Shown here in pieces: positions 1-10,879 of a stretch of 55,356 nucleotides of DNA. Both the position numbers and the translations under genes were made by a program. A model generated the notes under the pieces. It saw nothing but the letters and a program-made list of their open reading frames with translations, made no database searches and was not told where the DNA came from. The DNA comes from a virus (Duplodnaviria > Heunggongvirae > Uroviricota > Caudoviricetes). The stretch lies in the IMG/VR virus record IMGVR_UViG_3300025858_000011. The stretch is one strand, 5' to 3'. Position 1 is the stretch's first letter. The number at the start of each line of letters is the position of its first letter.

Positions 1-146
1 ATACTTTAAGAGGGTCAAATAACAGAATACGACATGTTCACAGAGGTGTATTCTATAAACGATCATAAATTTAGATTATATGAAACTTTTGGAGAAGATA
101 TTTTGAAAATTAAAACTGGTGATGAACTAACCAGAGGAACTACTTA

Positions 147-1466
147 ATGGACACATGTTACTTAAAACGTGGAGTAGCCTATACTTTCAATATCTATAAT
201 AGATTTTTTTCTGAACATCTACCATATATAACAACTCATGCTACTGGAGGAGTTCTTTCTAACGAGGTAACTTCTGGAGTTGTAACAACGTGGAGAAGTG
301 AGTCTGGTAAAGTTTTTTATGGAAATATAGAAGGAGTCTCTACAGATGAAGTTGCATATGGATATGACGCGTCAGATACAAAACAAGAAACCTTAAAAGT
401 CTACACAAAAGTATCTAGTATAAAAGATCAAGTAGAGTTACAAAAAGTAAAAATTGTATTTACTCCAAGTCATATAACTGACGATGATACTCATTATTAC
501 ATTCAAGATGCCCGTATTGCAAATGTAGGAATAGAGTTGCTGGTTTATGAGGATTATGGGGATTTTATAAATCCAGAAGAACTATATCATAGTCTATTAA
601 TGCGGCGTAGTAATAGACTATATGAATATAGTTATGAAGATACTCTTTTTGATAAATTTTTAAAAAATTATATTCCAGCCGGGTTACGAGCAAGATTTAC
701 TAATCTTCCCCCAACATTTGTTGGATGGGTTAATAATAAGGAATTTTATAATCCAGAAGATCTTGCAATTTTATCAGCATTAATAACTGATCCTGAAAAC
801 GATATTTTAACATATCAGTGGTCGCACGTAGGCGTGAGAACCATTTCTGGTCAGTATACAACTACGTCAGTTACTGGAACAGGAGAAAATGATACTGTAA
901 TACTTCCTCAAAACGGATTGGATCTTACTACTGATCTTTTAAATACAACCCATGTTATTTGTTCGGGGGAATTAACAACCCCACCAGTTGAAACTATGTA
1001 TACATTTCAACTTATATGCCAAGATTCAGATAATACCGTTTTAGGATTAAATCAAGTACCTGTGTATTCTATTCCAGATGAATTTAGATTTATTAGTTGG
1101 AGTGGAGACGATTTTTACATAGGGGACAATGATTTACCATTTAGTTATTATCCCGATAGCACATGGGCCCCAGAATTAACGAAGCCTGTACTGTATTTAA
1201 TGACTAGTATTACCGCAACAATTACTTCTCCACGAGGGTATTGGGATGGAACAAAACTCTTTGCTCCAGTTTGGGTTCCCCCGGGAATTGTTTTTAGCCC
1301 AGTTTTTTATGAATTATACTCTATAAATGAAGAGTATGACGGAGTTTATCATTCTCCAGATATATATTCTGGACTAACTACTGCGGCAATTATTGGAAGC
1401 GGAGGTTCAGCATATACAGCTGAGACCTATGCAATAACATGTTCATATTCAACAACAGTATCATAA
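147..1466 (+). CDS. Virion tail/baseplate-region protein with an Ig/PKD-like segment
   Basis: 439 aa ORF directly upstream of two fibre genes. SALITDPENDILTYQWS resembles an Ig/PKD-type domain; KFLKNYIPAG resembles baseplate proteins. Assignment is mostly from context. Confidence 0.45.
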   Translation: MDTCYLKRGVAYTFNIYNRFFSEHLPYITTHATGGVLSNEVTSGVVTTWRSESGKVFYGNIEGVSTDEVAYGYDASDTKQETLKVYTKVSSIKDQVELQKVKIVFTPSHITDDDTHYYIQDARIANVGIELLVYEDYGDFINPEELYHSLLMRRSNRLYEYSYEDTLFDKFLKNYIPAGLRARFTNLPPTFVGWVNNKEFYNPEDLAILSALITDPENDILTYQWSHVGVRTISGQYTTTSVTGTGENDTVILPQNGLDLTTDLLNTTHVICSGELTTPPVETMYTFQLICQDSDNTVLGLNQVPVYSIPDEFRFISWSGDDFYIGDNDLPFSYYPDSTWAPELTKPVLYLMTSITATITSPRGYWDGTKLFAPVWVPPGIVFSPVFYELYSINEEYDGVYHSPDIYSGLTTAAIIGSGGSAYTAETYAITCSYSTTVS

Positions 1467-1483
1467 AAAGGAGTTTAAAATAA

Positions 1484-4279
1484 ATGGCTACAGCAATTTA
1501 TGAAGTGGAGTTAGATGATTCTCCTAATACAGGAAGATTAAAGATTAATGAAACGTTTGTTAACCTAAAAACTACCGCAGATTACACTGCAACACTTTTA
1601 ACTGGCATCGGGGATCCAATTGGAACTACTAATGTTAAGGAGTTGTTTAGTAAAACAATTACATCTAATAATTTAGATGGAACTAATATTATAAGTATTT
1701 CCAGAGAAGACATTTTTGAAGAGTTATTTAATATAACTTGTGATACTAGTAATTTAGACATAGAGGTAAACGCAGCAACATTAACAATTATTGGAATTCT
1801 TGGAGACAATGGAATTGAGACAGAAGTAATTGGTAGTGATGTTTATATATCTCATCCCCAGGATACTGTATTAAATCATGATGATGGTGATCAAACATTA
1901 ACCATTAATGATACTGCGGTAACAACTGGATACACTTTAGATGTAAATGGTTATGCATTAATGAGATCAGGGATTTCAATTGGTGCACATGCATCATTAG
2001 TATCTGAGTATGTTAATATTGCTGGAACTGACAATGCTACGCCAATATCAGTAGTTTTAAAAAACTCAGGAACTGCCGGTACCTCACTAAAACTTATTAA
2101 AGATGTAGATACCGATTATTGGTTTATCAAAAGAAATAGTGATGATGATCTGCTTATAGGAAAACATGATACTGGAGACTCTACTGATGATTCAATTATA
2201 TTTATTGATAACCATGCTTCGTCTGGTACTATCACAATTTCAACTGGAAATAAAGTAGGTATTGCAAACAACGCCCCTGCATACTCTTTTCAAATAGAAA
2301 CTGGACTCGGTTTTGACGATGACACTATTTATGTACATGGGGCAAATGCTAAAATTATAGATGATTCTGGATCTATAGCATTTATTATTGCTGGTCAAAA
2401 AGTATTTGATGTTCATTCGGATCAAACAATCGGCATCGGTGGGGCTGCAAATGCATCGTATGCCTTAAATATTACGGGAACTACATATGCATCTGGAAAG
2501 ATAACTGCGGCCGGGGCCCTAGATGTCGCGGGACTCGCGACGTTTAGTGGCAATACAACAGTAAATAATAAATTTAGTGTATTAGCAACAAATGGAAATG
2601 TTACTACGGCGGGCACATTAACTGTTGCAGGATTAACTACTTTAACAACATTAAATGTTTCTGGAGATACCTCTTTCCTAGGAGGAACAACTCTTAAAAT
2701 AGATGCACTTCAACCTGTAACTAGCGGAATTACAATAAAAAATTTAGCAGGTACGGCAGTAGGGCAAATTACATCTGCAGGTTTGTTTAATTTAGGAGTA
2801 AGTTACCCTGCGGGTGGATCAGAGCTTTTGGGAGTAAAGGGGGATGTTAAATTTTATAATGATGCCAGTGACAATTATGTTAAATTCATAGAGGATACTT
2901 CAGTAAATTATATTCAAGTAGGGTCTACTACTACAAATCAAAATCCTTTATATTTACAAATAGCAGGTACAGCAGCGGGAGTATCTAAGGCCTTTGAAAT
3001 AAAGCAAGGGGAGACAGACATATTTGATGACTTAACTACTACATTATATGTTGATTCAGATGTTATGTCAATTATGCCAGGAAGTTCAAATACAGGATAT
3101 GAAATTTTAAATATTTTTAACGGAACATCCCGCCCGATAACTTTTAAAGTAGACGCACAAACTTGGGTTAATTTAAATTCATATTACTCTACTGCATGGA
3201 AATACGGGCATACCGTTGCTGGATCTTATGTTGGAGCAGCACAAATTGGATTTGACTCTGTCGGTGCTGGCGGTTATCTTAAGATAAGAACCGCCCCAGC
3301 AGGGACCAAAGATGGAGCACTAACATGGGCAACACCAGCGATCGCTATAGACCACATGGGCAACATAGGCATACAAAAAGACCCAGACCCATTATATGAT
3401 CTTGCAGTAGCTGGAGCTATTTTAAGTGACACTCTCACTGCAGGTACCATAACATCTACAACAAAATTTACTGGTCCAAAATTAGAAATTACTCAAGGAG
3501 AGGGGGATTACACTTCGATAAGCACCGGCGGTGGAATTACTGCAGGAAAGACAATTGCCGTAAATAATTTACCCGACAATGTGCCCGCCTTTAAAGCAAC
3601 AGCCGCGAATAATGTGTCTTTACAAAACTTAGTCCAAGCCATGAATAGTGCCGGTAATGTTACTTTAGGGTCAATTGCAGTTGGGCCAGACCCAGCAAAC
3701 GCAGCTGCTTCCCGCCTAGTATTAGCCGGTGGCGGAACAGGAGGATATGTTTATGCTGACACATTTAATGCAGGTTCTTATCATAAGGCGGGTTATACAA
3801 AACAAGCTGATAATCAATGGACAACTCCTAGATGGTGCCCTGTTCCCTTCTTAGTTTATGCGGAGGATTTAGCAGGAGCAGAAGTAGGAATAGCTGATAT
3901 GTTTGGGGCCTTAGGTACAGTAGTAAAAACAGTAAGTATTCCATTAGAAGGTTTATATAGACTTACGTATCAGTATGACATTGTAATGGCGTCAATATCT
4001 AGAGACGGGGCGCGACAAATAACGGTAGTAACTACTTTTGGAACTGCAAGTCCCACGGTGGCCTACACCCATGCATGGCAATTAGATGTTAATGGGGACG
4101 GATTTATAAGGTATGGAGCCCTAAGTGGTACTATAACTGCAATAGTGCCAATTGCCACCATAATGGAAACTATGAGTATTACCTGGTCTGTGCCATCTTA
4201 TTTGGACGGAGGCACTTCTTATAAAATACGCGGTGTAACACTAGAATGGATTTGTCCAGGAAGCAAATTCCCGGCTTAA
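1484..4279 (+). CDS. Tail fibre / receptor-binding-like structural protein
   Basis: 931 aa, T/G/S-rich beta sequence with recurring fibre repeats (NKVGIANNAPAYSFQI, QTIGIGGAANASYALNITG, GNIGIQKDPDPLYDLAVAG). RBS aaggag upstream. Confidence 0.65.
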   Translation: MATAIYEVELDDSPNTGRLKINETFVNLKTTADYTATLLTGIGDPIGTTNVKELFSKTITSNNLDGTNIISISREDIFEELFNITCDTSNLDIEVNAATLTIIGILGDNGIETEVIGSDVYISHPQDTVLNHDDGDQTLTINDTAVTTGYTLDVNGYALMRSGISIGAHASLVSEYVNIAGTDNATPISVVLKNSGTAGTSLKLIKDVDTDYWFIKRNSDDDLLIGKHDTGDSTDDSIIFIDNHASSGTITISTGNKVGIANNAPAYSFQIETGLGFDDDTIYVHGANAKIIDDSGSIAFIIAGQKVFDVHSDQTIGIGGAANASYALNITGTTYASGKITAAGALDVAGLATFSGNTTVNNKFSVLATNGNVTTAGTLTVAGLTTLTTLNVSGDTSFLGGTTLKIDALQPVTSGITIKNLAGTAVGQITSAGLFNLGVSYPAGGSELLGVKGDVKFYNDASDNYVKFIEDTSVNYIQVGSTTTNQNPLYLQIAGTAAGVSKAFEIKQGETDIFDDLTTTLYVDSDVMSIMPGSSNTGYEILNIFNGTSRPITFKVDAQTWVNLNSYYSTAWKYGHTVAGSYVGAAQIGFDSVGAGGYLKIRTAPAGTKDGALTWATPAIAIDHMGNIGIQKDPDPLYDLAVAGAILSDTLTAGTITSTTKFTGPKLEITQGEGDYTSISTGGGITAGKTIAVNNLPDNVPAFKATAANNVSLQNLVQAMNSAGNVTLGSIAVGPDPANAAASRLVLAGGGTGGYVYADTFNAGSYHKAGYTKQADNQWTTPRWCPVPFLVYAEDLAGAEVGIADMFGALGTVVKTVSIPLEGLYRLTYQYDIVMASISRDGARQITVVTTFGTASPTVAYTHAWQLDVNGDGFIRYGALSGTITAIVPIATIMETMSITWSVPSYLDGGTSYKIRGVTLEWICPGSKFPA

Positions 4280-4292
4280 TTAGGAGCATATA

Positions 4293-7200
4293 ATGAATAG
4301 AATAAAAGTCCCGTCAGGGTCAATTCAAAAATTAGAAACAATTTTTGAAAATTTACAAGATCAAACAGAGTTGAATATCAGTAATCGTATTGATGCATTA
4401 ACAAATTTAGTTGATAAACAGTACTCTTACGGAATTATTTTGAACACTGTGAACGGAGCAACCTCTTCTGCTGATACCTCCTTATTACTTCAATTAACAA
4501 CTGGGTATGGGGGTTGGACAATCGCAGGAGGCCATGCAGTAACCCAAGGAAAAGATTACATTGCATACACGGGAGTTACCGATGCTGATTCCAGAGTAGA
4601 CCCAATATATAACATGTCTACCTCAAAATATTATTTGGTTAAACTAATATATTCAGAGGTTGGATCAGAACCAGTTACTACTATGAACGCCTTTCTTTTT
4701 GATAAAACAGGAAGCGAGCCATATACCGATAAAATGACTAAAAAGACAGACAGTGTGTCTGTTGGAGTATTGGATATTACTGCAAATTACTCGGCTGGAA
4801 TTGACCTTGAAAAAATATATCCAGATCTTTTAACAAGTAATGAAATTGGTATTGCAATTGTAAAAACAAGTACAAGTTCAACAATATTTGATACCACTAC
4901 TTTTATCATTGACGGAGTATCTTCTGTAAATGGTGTTCTTGATATTAGAAAATATAATAGATTTATTTTAAGTTCTTCAATTATTGATGATTCAAAAATT
5001 TTATTAAAAGACCGCGATTCAATAGGAGATTATAAAATTGGTGGTGCTGTTGAAATTGATGGAGATCTTATAGTTACTGGAGACTCAAGTACAACTCCAG
5101 TATTTAAAGTTGATCAAGTCAACGAAAGACTGGGAAAGGGAACAAGTACCCCTACGGTGGCTATGCATATTAAGGATTCAGATCCCATTATAAGACTTCA
5201 TGACAGTGACGCAACACTAACTTCGGAGTATGTAGGATACATAGATTTTTATAAAGGCACCGAGGCTGCTTTTAGTGAGTATTCAGACAGATTAGCATTA
5301 ATAGGATTTAAAGATAGTTACTCTACTGTAATGTATATTCAAAATGATACTCTTGGTTCTATCGCTCAAAGAGTTTGTCTTACTGCAGATCCAGCAACTG
5401 AAATTAAAACCTGGGCTACAATGACTTGGGCATACCCAGGTAGGTTAGGATTACTCCAAGACACACCATTATACACATTAGATGTATCGGGAACCGCACG
5501 AGTAACGGGTGCTGCTGTCTTTAGTGATACAGTAAATGCAAAAGAATTAGAAGTTACGGCGGATATTAACGTAGGAGGAGACATTGGGGTAACGGGTTTA
5601 ACAAACCTTAGTGATGATTTAAATGTCTCAGATAGTTTTAGCGTGGATGTTTCTGCATCTCAAGTGGTTGTTGGCGCTATCGCCGCTGGAACTGATTTAA
5701 TTATTAAAAATCCGCTGGGGCCAAGACTTAAGTTAGAAACTCCAGGCACTGGTGGTGCATATAAATCTGCAATTACATTTAGTGATGGAACAACAAACCC
5801 TAATACATTTGTATTAGCAGTAGACGCTGCTACGAACTCGATGCGCATTGATAGAGACCTGGAATTTTCTAAAAATTATCTGGCGTTTGACGCATCAGGA
5901 AATGTAATTATAAATGATATCAGTGGGACTTATTTAACTAATCCAGTATCTGCGCTTGACCGGGTAACGGTGGTAAATGGCGGAATTTATATTACAAAGG
6001 CCGAGCATAATGCCGCTCTCAAATTGCAAGCTACGGGGTCCGGACAAAGACGGTATGATATTGTAGTTGGAACAATTCCAGAGTATACATCGGGTGGAAG
6101 AGGAATGTTCGGAATCTATGATTATAATGAGCAAGAATATAGATTTGTAATTGACCCATCTGGTAGAATTGGAATAAATGGTGTTACAAGACCAGTGTAT
6201 CAGCTTGATGTAGACGGTACTATTCATTCTACATCGGACGTAGTTATAGACGGGGACTTGACTGTTAGTGATGCAACATTTGATAGTATTACTACTGGTG
6301 CACTAACAGTGGGCGGAATTATTGAAATGGGCACGATGTCCTCAACCACATCAGTAGTGTCCAGTGTTCTTAAAGCCAATACAATTAGATGGCCCAAAAA
6401 TAGCTTAGATGTAAATACTGAGGGATCAGGCTTCTTGGCAGGGGTGACTTCAGACGGAGTAGTTACAATTGGAGGTACCGCATTCGGGTCAGGAGCACTT
6501 GCAAACGTAAAGACTTATCCAGATTATTTAAGGGTACTAAATAGTCTAAGAATTTATAGTGATCAATCCAGTCAATTATCATTTTCTACTGATACTGTTA
6601 CATCTGGAATATCATTAATATACTCGGCAAATGCACTTACAGTAGCCGGGTCACAAGGAGTATACCAAACATTTCATACAATGAATTCGCTTCCTACAGT
6701 AGACATAACTGATTTATCTGCAGGCAATGTTACAATTACAGGAATACTGGATGCAAGTTTGTCTACATTAGTAACATCCGCAATTAGTGCAAGTAGCTTA
6801 GATATCGGAAATGTATTAAAAGTAACTACTGCTGATACAAGAATTTCAACTGCGTATATTACTACTGATAATGTAACTGATTTAAATGTAACTGGTCTTG
6901 CAACTCTTGTTGACTTGGATGTAAGCGATATAACTGCAAGTGGCGTAGTTTCTTTTAATACAGATGTTACTGTTACAGGTGAACTTACAGCAGGCGATTT
7001 TAATATTACTGGATCAGGAATATTTGGGAACCCTGTTGGACAACACATTGAACTTACTGGTGCAGAAGGAAATTTATACTGGTATAATGAGCAAGGTGCA
7101 CAAATAATAAAAATTGACGATAATTTGTTTGGAAGTCACCCTGGAATAGGATTATATGGTTCAGATTATCCATTAGATCAACCAGTTGGAACACAGACTT

Positions 7201-7850
7201 ATTGTCCAGTTATAATTGTGTCCGATAGTATTGCTAATAATACAAATCTTGTTGGCATCACCCCATATGATGTTTCTATTAAACATCGTAAGGATAGACA
7301 ATTTGGACTTACAGCACAAAATATGGGTAGTTACGCCGGGGAATCTACTTCGGTATTAGCATGGACTGAAACCTTTGGAGATAGAACAGGGGCTGTATAT
7401 GACAGAATCGGAATAAAAGCTTTAGCTACAATTTCTAATACAATTACAGGACCTACGGAAACAGTTACAACAGTGGCATCAAATGATAATGCAATCGGAT
7501 TATTTGCAAGTGCCTCTACCAACGGGACGGGCCACGCTTACGCCGGATACTTCGATGAGGGAGATGTAATCATAAATGATAATCTAACAGTTTGTGGTAA
7601 TCTAACATGCTCCGGCGTGTTTAATGTTACCGGAACAACAAGTTGGAACGGTGATTTAGCACATGCAGGAACTAATGTTGGATTCTACGGCGCTACACCA
7701 ACCACTAGAAAAACAGGTTACAGTACAACTGGAACTGGATTATCCGCAAGTAGAAACCTTGCTGCAGTAGGTAGCGATTTTGACGCACTAAAAAATGTTG
7801 TAAAAGGATTAATTGACGATCTAATTGCAGTTGGCCTTCTAGGCAATTAA
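4293..7850 (+). CDS. Long tail fibre-like structural protein
   Basis: 1185 aa with the same repeat type (RLGKGTSTPTVAMHI, RLGLLQDTPLYTLDVSG, RIGINGVTRPVYQLDVDG) and beta-helix-like T/D/V-rich tracts. RBS aggag. Confidence 0.65.
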   Translation: MNRIKVPSGSIQKLETIFENLQDQTELNISNRIDALTNLVDKQYSYGIILNTVNGATSSADTSLLLQLTTGYGGWTIAGGHAVTQGKDYIAYTGVTDADSRVDPIYNMSTSKYYLVKLIYSEVGSEPVTTMNAFLFDKTGSEPYTDKMTKKTDSVSVGVLDITANYSAGIDLEKIYPDLLTSNEIGIAIVKTSTSSTIFDTTTFIIDGVSSVNGVLDIRKYNRFILSSSIIDDSKILLKDRDSIGDYKIGGAVEIDGDLIVTGDSSTTPVFKVDQVNERLGKGTSTPTVAMHIKDSDPIIRLHDSDATLTSEYVGYIDFYKGTEAAFSEYSDRLALIGFKDSYSTVMYIQNDTLGSIAQRVCLTADPATEIKTWATMTWAYPGRLGLLQDTPLYTLDVSGTARVTGAAVFSDTVNAKELEVTADINVGGDIGVTGLTNLSDDLNVSDSFSVDVSASQVVVGAIAAGTDLIIKNPLGPRLKLETPGTGGAYKSAITFSDGTTNPNTFVLAVDAATNSMRIDRDLEFSKNYLAFDASGNVIINDISGTYLTNPVSALDRVTVVNGGIYITKAEHNAALKLQATGSGQRRYDIVVGTIPEYTSGGRGMFGIYDYNEQEYRFVIDPSGRIGINGVTRPVYQLDVDGTIHSTSDVVIDGDLTVSDATFDSITTGALTVGGIIEMGTMSSTTSVVSSVLKANTIRWPKNSLDVNTEGSGFLAGVTSDGVVTIGGTAFGSGALANVKTYPDYLRVLNSLRIYSDQSSQLSFSTDTVTSGISLIYSANALTVAGSQGVYQTFHTMNSLPTVDITDLSAGNVTITGILDASLSTLVTSAISASSLDIGNVLKVTTADTRISTAYITTDNVTDLNVTGLATLVDLDVSDITASGVVSFNTDVTVTGELTAGDFNITGSGIFGNPVGQHIELTGAEGNLYWYNEQGAQIIKIDDNLFGSHPGIGLYGSDYPLDQPVGTQTYCPVIIVSDSIANNTNLVGITPYDVSIKHRKDRQFGLTAQNMGSYAGESTSVLAWTETFGDRTGAVYDRIGIKALATISNTITGPTETVTTVASNDNAIGLFASASTNGTGHAYAGYFDEGDVIINDNLTVCGNLTCSGVFNVTGTTSWNGDLAHAGTNVGFYGATPTTRKTGYSTTGTGLSASRNLAAVGSDFDALKNVVKGLIDDLIAVGLLGN

Positions 7851-7853
7851 TTG

Positions 7854-7882
7854 TTGCTTTTAATTAAAAAATTAGTTATATT
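7854..7882 (+). promoter_or_regulatory. Sigma70-like promoter TTGCTT-N17-TATATT
   Basis: Intergenic, 30 nt upstream of ATG 7913. Same TATATT -10 and 17-nt spacer as at 21592 and 25873. Confidence 0.6.
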
Positions 7883-7912
7883 TTAATGTACTTTTAACCA
7901 AATAATAAAAAT

Positions 7913-8119
7913 ATGAATATTGATAAAATTAAAGAAACATTACTTTCTCTTGAAGAAGAACAAAAAGGCAGAGAAGCACAAGTTCAACAATGGAAAGAAC
8001 AAATCGAAAGATTAACAGAAGCAATTAAACAAACCAAAGAAGTTCACGACTTTACACGGGGTAAACTCGCCGCATTACGTGAAGTAATAAAACTTGCAGA
8101 TACAGATGAAGTCGTTTAG
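7913..8119 (+). CDS. Small coiled-coil protein
   Basis: 68 aa with heptad E/K/Q/L pattern; first gene after the promoter. Confidence 0.6.
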   Translation: MNIDKIKETLLSLEEEQKGREAQVQQWKEQIERLTEAIKQTKEVHDFTRGKLAALREVIKLADTDEVV

Positions 8120-8825
8120 TTTAATATGCATCACACTACTGTCTGCTGCCTTGGTAGCAGGCAGTATTTTTCATGTAATAAAACTTCATAAGATTAATCA
8201 GGAAGTAATGCACCTGCAAAATCAAATGGCTCAAGTAGATACTGTAATTGTAATAGATTCAGTTTCTGTGAAAAAATTAACTTTATTAGTTGATAAGATT
8301 CGTTTAGAAAATTCTATGTTAAATGAAAAATATTTAAAGAAGTCAAAACAACTGATATCATATAACAAAGTTATTATCGCCTTACAGGATAGTATTAAAA
8401 AATTAAGCACTGTTGATAGTTCTAGCGTTGATAGTTCGGGAGCAATGTCCACTGTTAGAGAATTTAAGGTTGAAAAAGAACCTTTTTATATCGAAGGTGT
8501 TTTTATGAAAGAACCACCATGGTTTATATCATTTAATACTTTATCTGCAAAACTAGCATTAGAGATTATAGCAACAGAAAATAAAGCAGGATTTTGGGAA
8601 ACATATGTAACTACGAGTAGTGGAAATATAAAAATTGCTAGTTTAGATACCCGTTATAAAAAATATAATACTAGCACTTCTAAGTATTTACTGGGATCAC
8701 AGGTAACTTCACTAGGACGCGATATTTCTGGACAAATTTTTGCTGGATATAATAAAACTGCCGTAGGAGTGGGATATGGAACAACTGGGGCATCACTATC
8801 AATAATGTATTTTTTTCTGAGGTAG
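8094..8825 (+). CDS. Membrane-anchored coiled-coil protein, possible spanin
   Basis: N-terminal hydrophobic helix (SLICITLLSAALVAGSIF), coiled coil, C-terminal amphipathic beta strands. Immediately upstream of the amidase. Start may be 8106. Confidence 0.45.
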   Translation: MQIQMKSFSLICITLLSAALVAGSIFHVIKLHKINQEVMHLQNQMAQVDTVIVIDSVSVKKLTLLVDKIRLENSMLNEKYLKKSKQLISYNKVIIALQDSIKKLSTVDSSSVDSSGAMSTVREFKVEKEPFYIEGVFMKEPPWFISFNTLSAKLALEIIATENKAGFWETYVTTSSGNIKIASLDTRYKKYNTSTSKYLLGSQVTSLGRDISGQIFAGYNKTAVGVGYGTTGASLSIMYFFLR

Positions 8826-8829
8826 TATC

Positions 8830-9435
8830 ATGTGTTTAAATTGGTTATCTAAATTTTTTAACCCTCCTGTTGTACCAATTATTTCTGGTCCAGTGTGTAT
8901 TCCTGAAGTTAAAGTCTTGGAAGTTACTGATGTAGTTGACACTCTACCTTGGCACCCTACTAAGCGTTGGGGTACTCGTACTTTATCTGTGATTAATAAG
9001 ATTATAGTACATCAAACCCTTTCTAAAGGAACGATGCAAGCAGTAAATAAGTATCATATTACTCCAGCAGAGGATAATCACATCAGTGCCACTGGAGCCC
9101 CGCATATTTGCTATCATTTTGTAATTGAAAAAGATGGCACTATTTATAAAACAAATAAAGTAACTCACATCGTTTGGCATTGCACCGGACAAAATACAGC
9201 CTCAATAGGAATATTAGTCATGGGTAATTTTGATGCAGTTGACTATAAAGGAACAGAAAAACCAACAGAAAAACAAATAAAAAGTCTTGGAAATCTATTA
9301 GATGCTATTACTAAAGATAACTTGGAAGGATTAAAAATAACTAAATTAAATATTTTTGGGCATTGTGATTTTGGAAAATTAGATTGTCCAGGAACTAGAT
9401 TATACTCATTTATTCAGGAATATAAAAAGAGTTAA
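8830..9435 (+). CDS. N-acetylmuramoyl-L-alanine amidase (Amidase_2-type endolysin)
   Basis: Motifs IIVHQT, CYHFVIEKDGTIY, WHCTGQNTASIGI, FGHCDF..CPG supply the Zn ligands His/His/Cys. Confidence 0.88.
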   Translation: MCLNWLSKFFNPPVVPIISGPVCIPEVKVLEVTDVVDTLPWHPTKRWGTRTLSVINKIIVHQTLSKGTMQAVNKYHITPAEDNHISATGAPHICYHFVIEKDGTIYKTNKVTHIVWHCTGQNTASIGILVMGNFDAVDYKGTEKPTEKQIKSLGNLLDAITKDNLEGLKITKLNIFGHCDFGKLDCPGTRLYSFIQEYKKS

Positions 9436-9448
9436 GTGGAGAATAACA

Positions 9449-10522
9449 ATGAACAGTATTATAAGTGCAACACTTGATGTTGTGGATTATATTATAAATG
9501 ATAAATTAGAAAAACTTGCTAGTACAGTTGAGTCCTTATCGGAAGATGCTAAAAAAGCGTATATTCCTTCTATGGAAGAAACGATTGACATGCCGGAGAG
9601 GGATTTTGGTGTAGTATTATGGCACCCCACATTAGGCACTTTTAATAAGTTTGCAATGAATGAGCCTGGGATAACCGAAATCAATATTAATTTATTAGCA
9701 AGTAACATGGCCGTAATGCCAGATGAAGTAGTTAAAGTGGCTTCCGCCAATTTAACATGCGCCGCAAAAAAGTTTGGAATTAATATTCCAGAGTCTTTGG
9801 AAAAAACAGCTTCTAAGAAATTTGTAAAGAACATAGTCGACATTAGAGAAATTGATGAAGCCGCATTTGTAACAAAAATTGCAAAATATGAACAACAAAT
9901 TTTTGCATTACCATCTGAAAAAAAATATCCTATAAATAATAAGGAAGAAATTATTAAAGCTGCCGAATACTTTGATAGAAATAATAATATTTTTTCGTTG
10001 GAAACAAAGAAAGAATATATTGAAAATTTATTAAAGGTTGGCGAACAACGAAAGATTTCTTTTGATAAATATCCTTCTATAGAAAAATATGCAATTTTGC
10101 GCCCCGATGTTTTTAATGATGAATTTCAGTATCATATAACATCCAGAGTATCATTCCTAAAAGAGTCTCAATTAGATTTTAAAGAGCTGTATCTTGATCT
10201 ATTAAAAAGATCCAAGGAAATCGGAACTGAAAAAACAGCAGCGGTTTTAGCAGTATTAGATAATAAATCTGGAATTGCTGTTAATTATGGAAGAGGCCTG
10301 GAAGATCCGATGATTTCTACCTTTGGCATCAAAAAAGAAGCAGGTGTTACTTTTGATGGTAATGTAGTTACTCTTGGAAAATTAAAATCTATTCCTAACG
10401 CCGATCTTACTGCCGTAATAGGAAATAGTGCAATTAAGGAATTAAAAGGTAAAGATGGACTGGCAGTTTTTAATTCTCTACCAAAACCTGTAAAACAGGA
10501 AGTGCTTTCTCTTATAAAATGA
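9449..10522 (+). CDS. Hypothetical protein, possibly virion/head associated
   Basis: 357 aa ORF with RBS ggag and repeated EKxA motifs. No family recognised. Confidence 0.55.
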   Translation: MNSIISATLDVVDYIINDKLEKLASTVESLSEDAKKAYIPSMEETIDMPERDFGVVLWHPTLGTFNKFAMNEPGITEININLLASNMAVMPDEVVKVASANLTCAAKKFGINIPESLEKTASKKFVKNIVDIREIDEAAFVTKIAKYEQQIFALPSEKKYPINNKEEIIKAAEYFDRNNNIFSLETKKEYIENLLKVGEQRKISFDKYPSIEKYAILRPDVFNDEFQYHITSRVSFLKESQLDFKELYLDLLKRSKEIGTEKTAAVLAVLDNKSGIAVNYGRGLEDPMISTFGIKKEAGVTFDGNVVTLGKLKSIPNADLTAVIGNSAIKELKGKDGLAVFNSLPKPVKQEVLSLIK

Positions 10523-10875
10523 CAAATTCAATTATTACAATTTTAGTAATTACCATCATTAGTTTATTAGTGATAGCGGCAGGATCTTCAATATTTTTTG
10601 GATTGATTACGAGTTATAAAATTGAGACATGGGCCGCAATACTAGCAGTTGTTGTGCTCATTATTGTAGTAGCAAATAAAAGTATATCAGTTAGTATTCC
10701 TGAAAATGCAATTAAGATAAACTTAAGTATTTCTGGAGGACTGCCGCAGATTAATGAGGTTTCTAAAATATCACAAAATTCTCCTGAACTTAGTATAGAC
10801 ACAAAAAATATTCCTAAGTGGAATTCTGCAAAAGTTGGGGAGATTTCATTATCTGGAGAAAAATTAACCAAATAA
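10519..10875 (+). CDS. Two-TM membrane protein (holin-like topology)
   Basis: Two hydrophobic helices in the first 55 aa. ATGA overlap with the previous stop. Confidence 0.45.
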   Translation: MTNSIITILVITIISLLVIAAGSSIFFGLITSYKIETWAAILAVVVLIIVVANKSISVSIPENAIKINLSISGGLPQINEVSKISQNSPELSIDTKNIPKWNSAKVGEISLSGEKLTK

Positions 10876-10879
10876 AATT

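Noticed and set aside
1-147. Open frame 10-147 after a TAA at 7-9, suggesting stop-codon reassignment
   Set aside because: All recognisable genes are intact in the standard code and use TAA, TAG and TGA as stops; no suppressor tRNA is present. Probably a short ORF or an edge effect.
1582-7522. Antisense ORFs within the fibre genes (and similar shadows elsewhere, including 41767..42000)
   Set aside because: Shadow frames of long, motif-supported genes, with no RBS or recognisable motifs.
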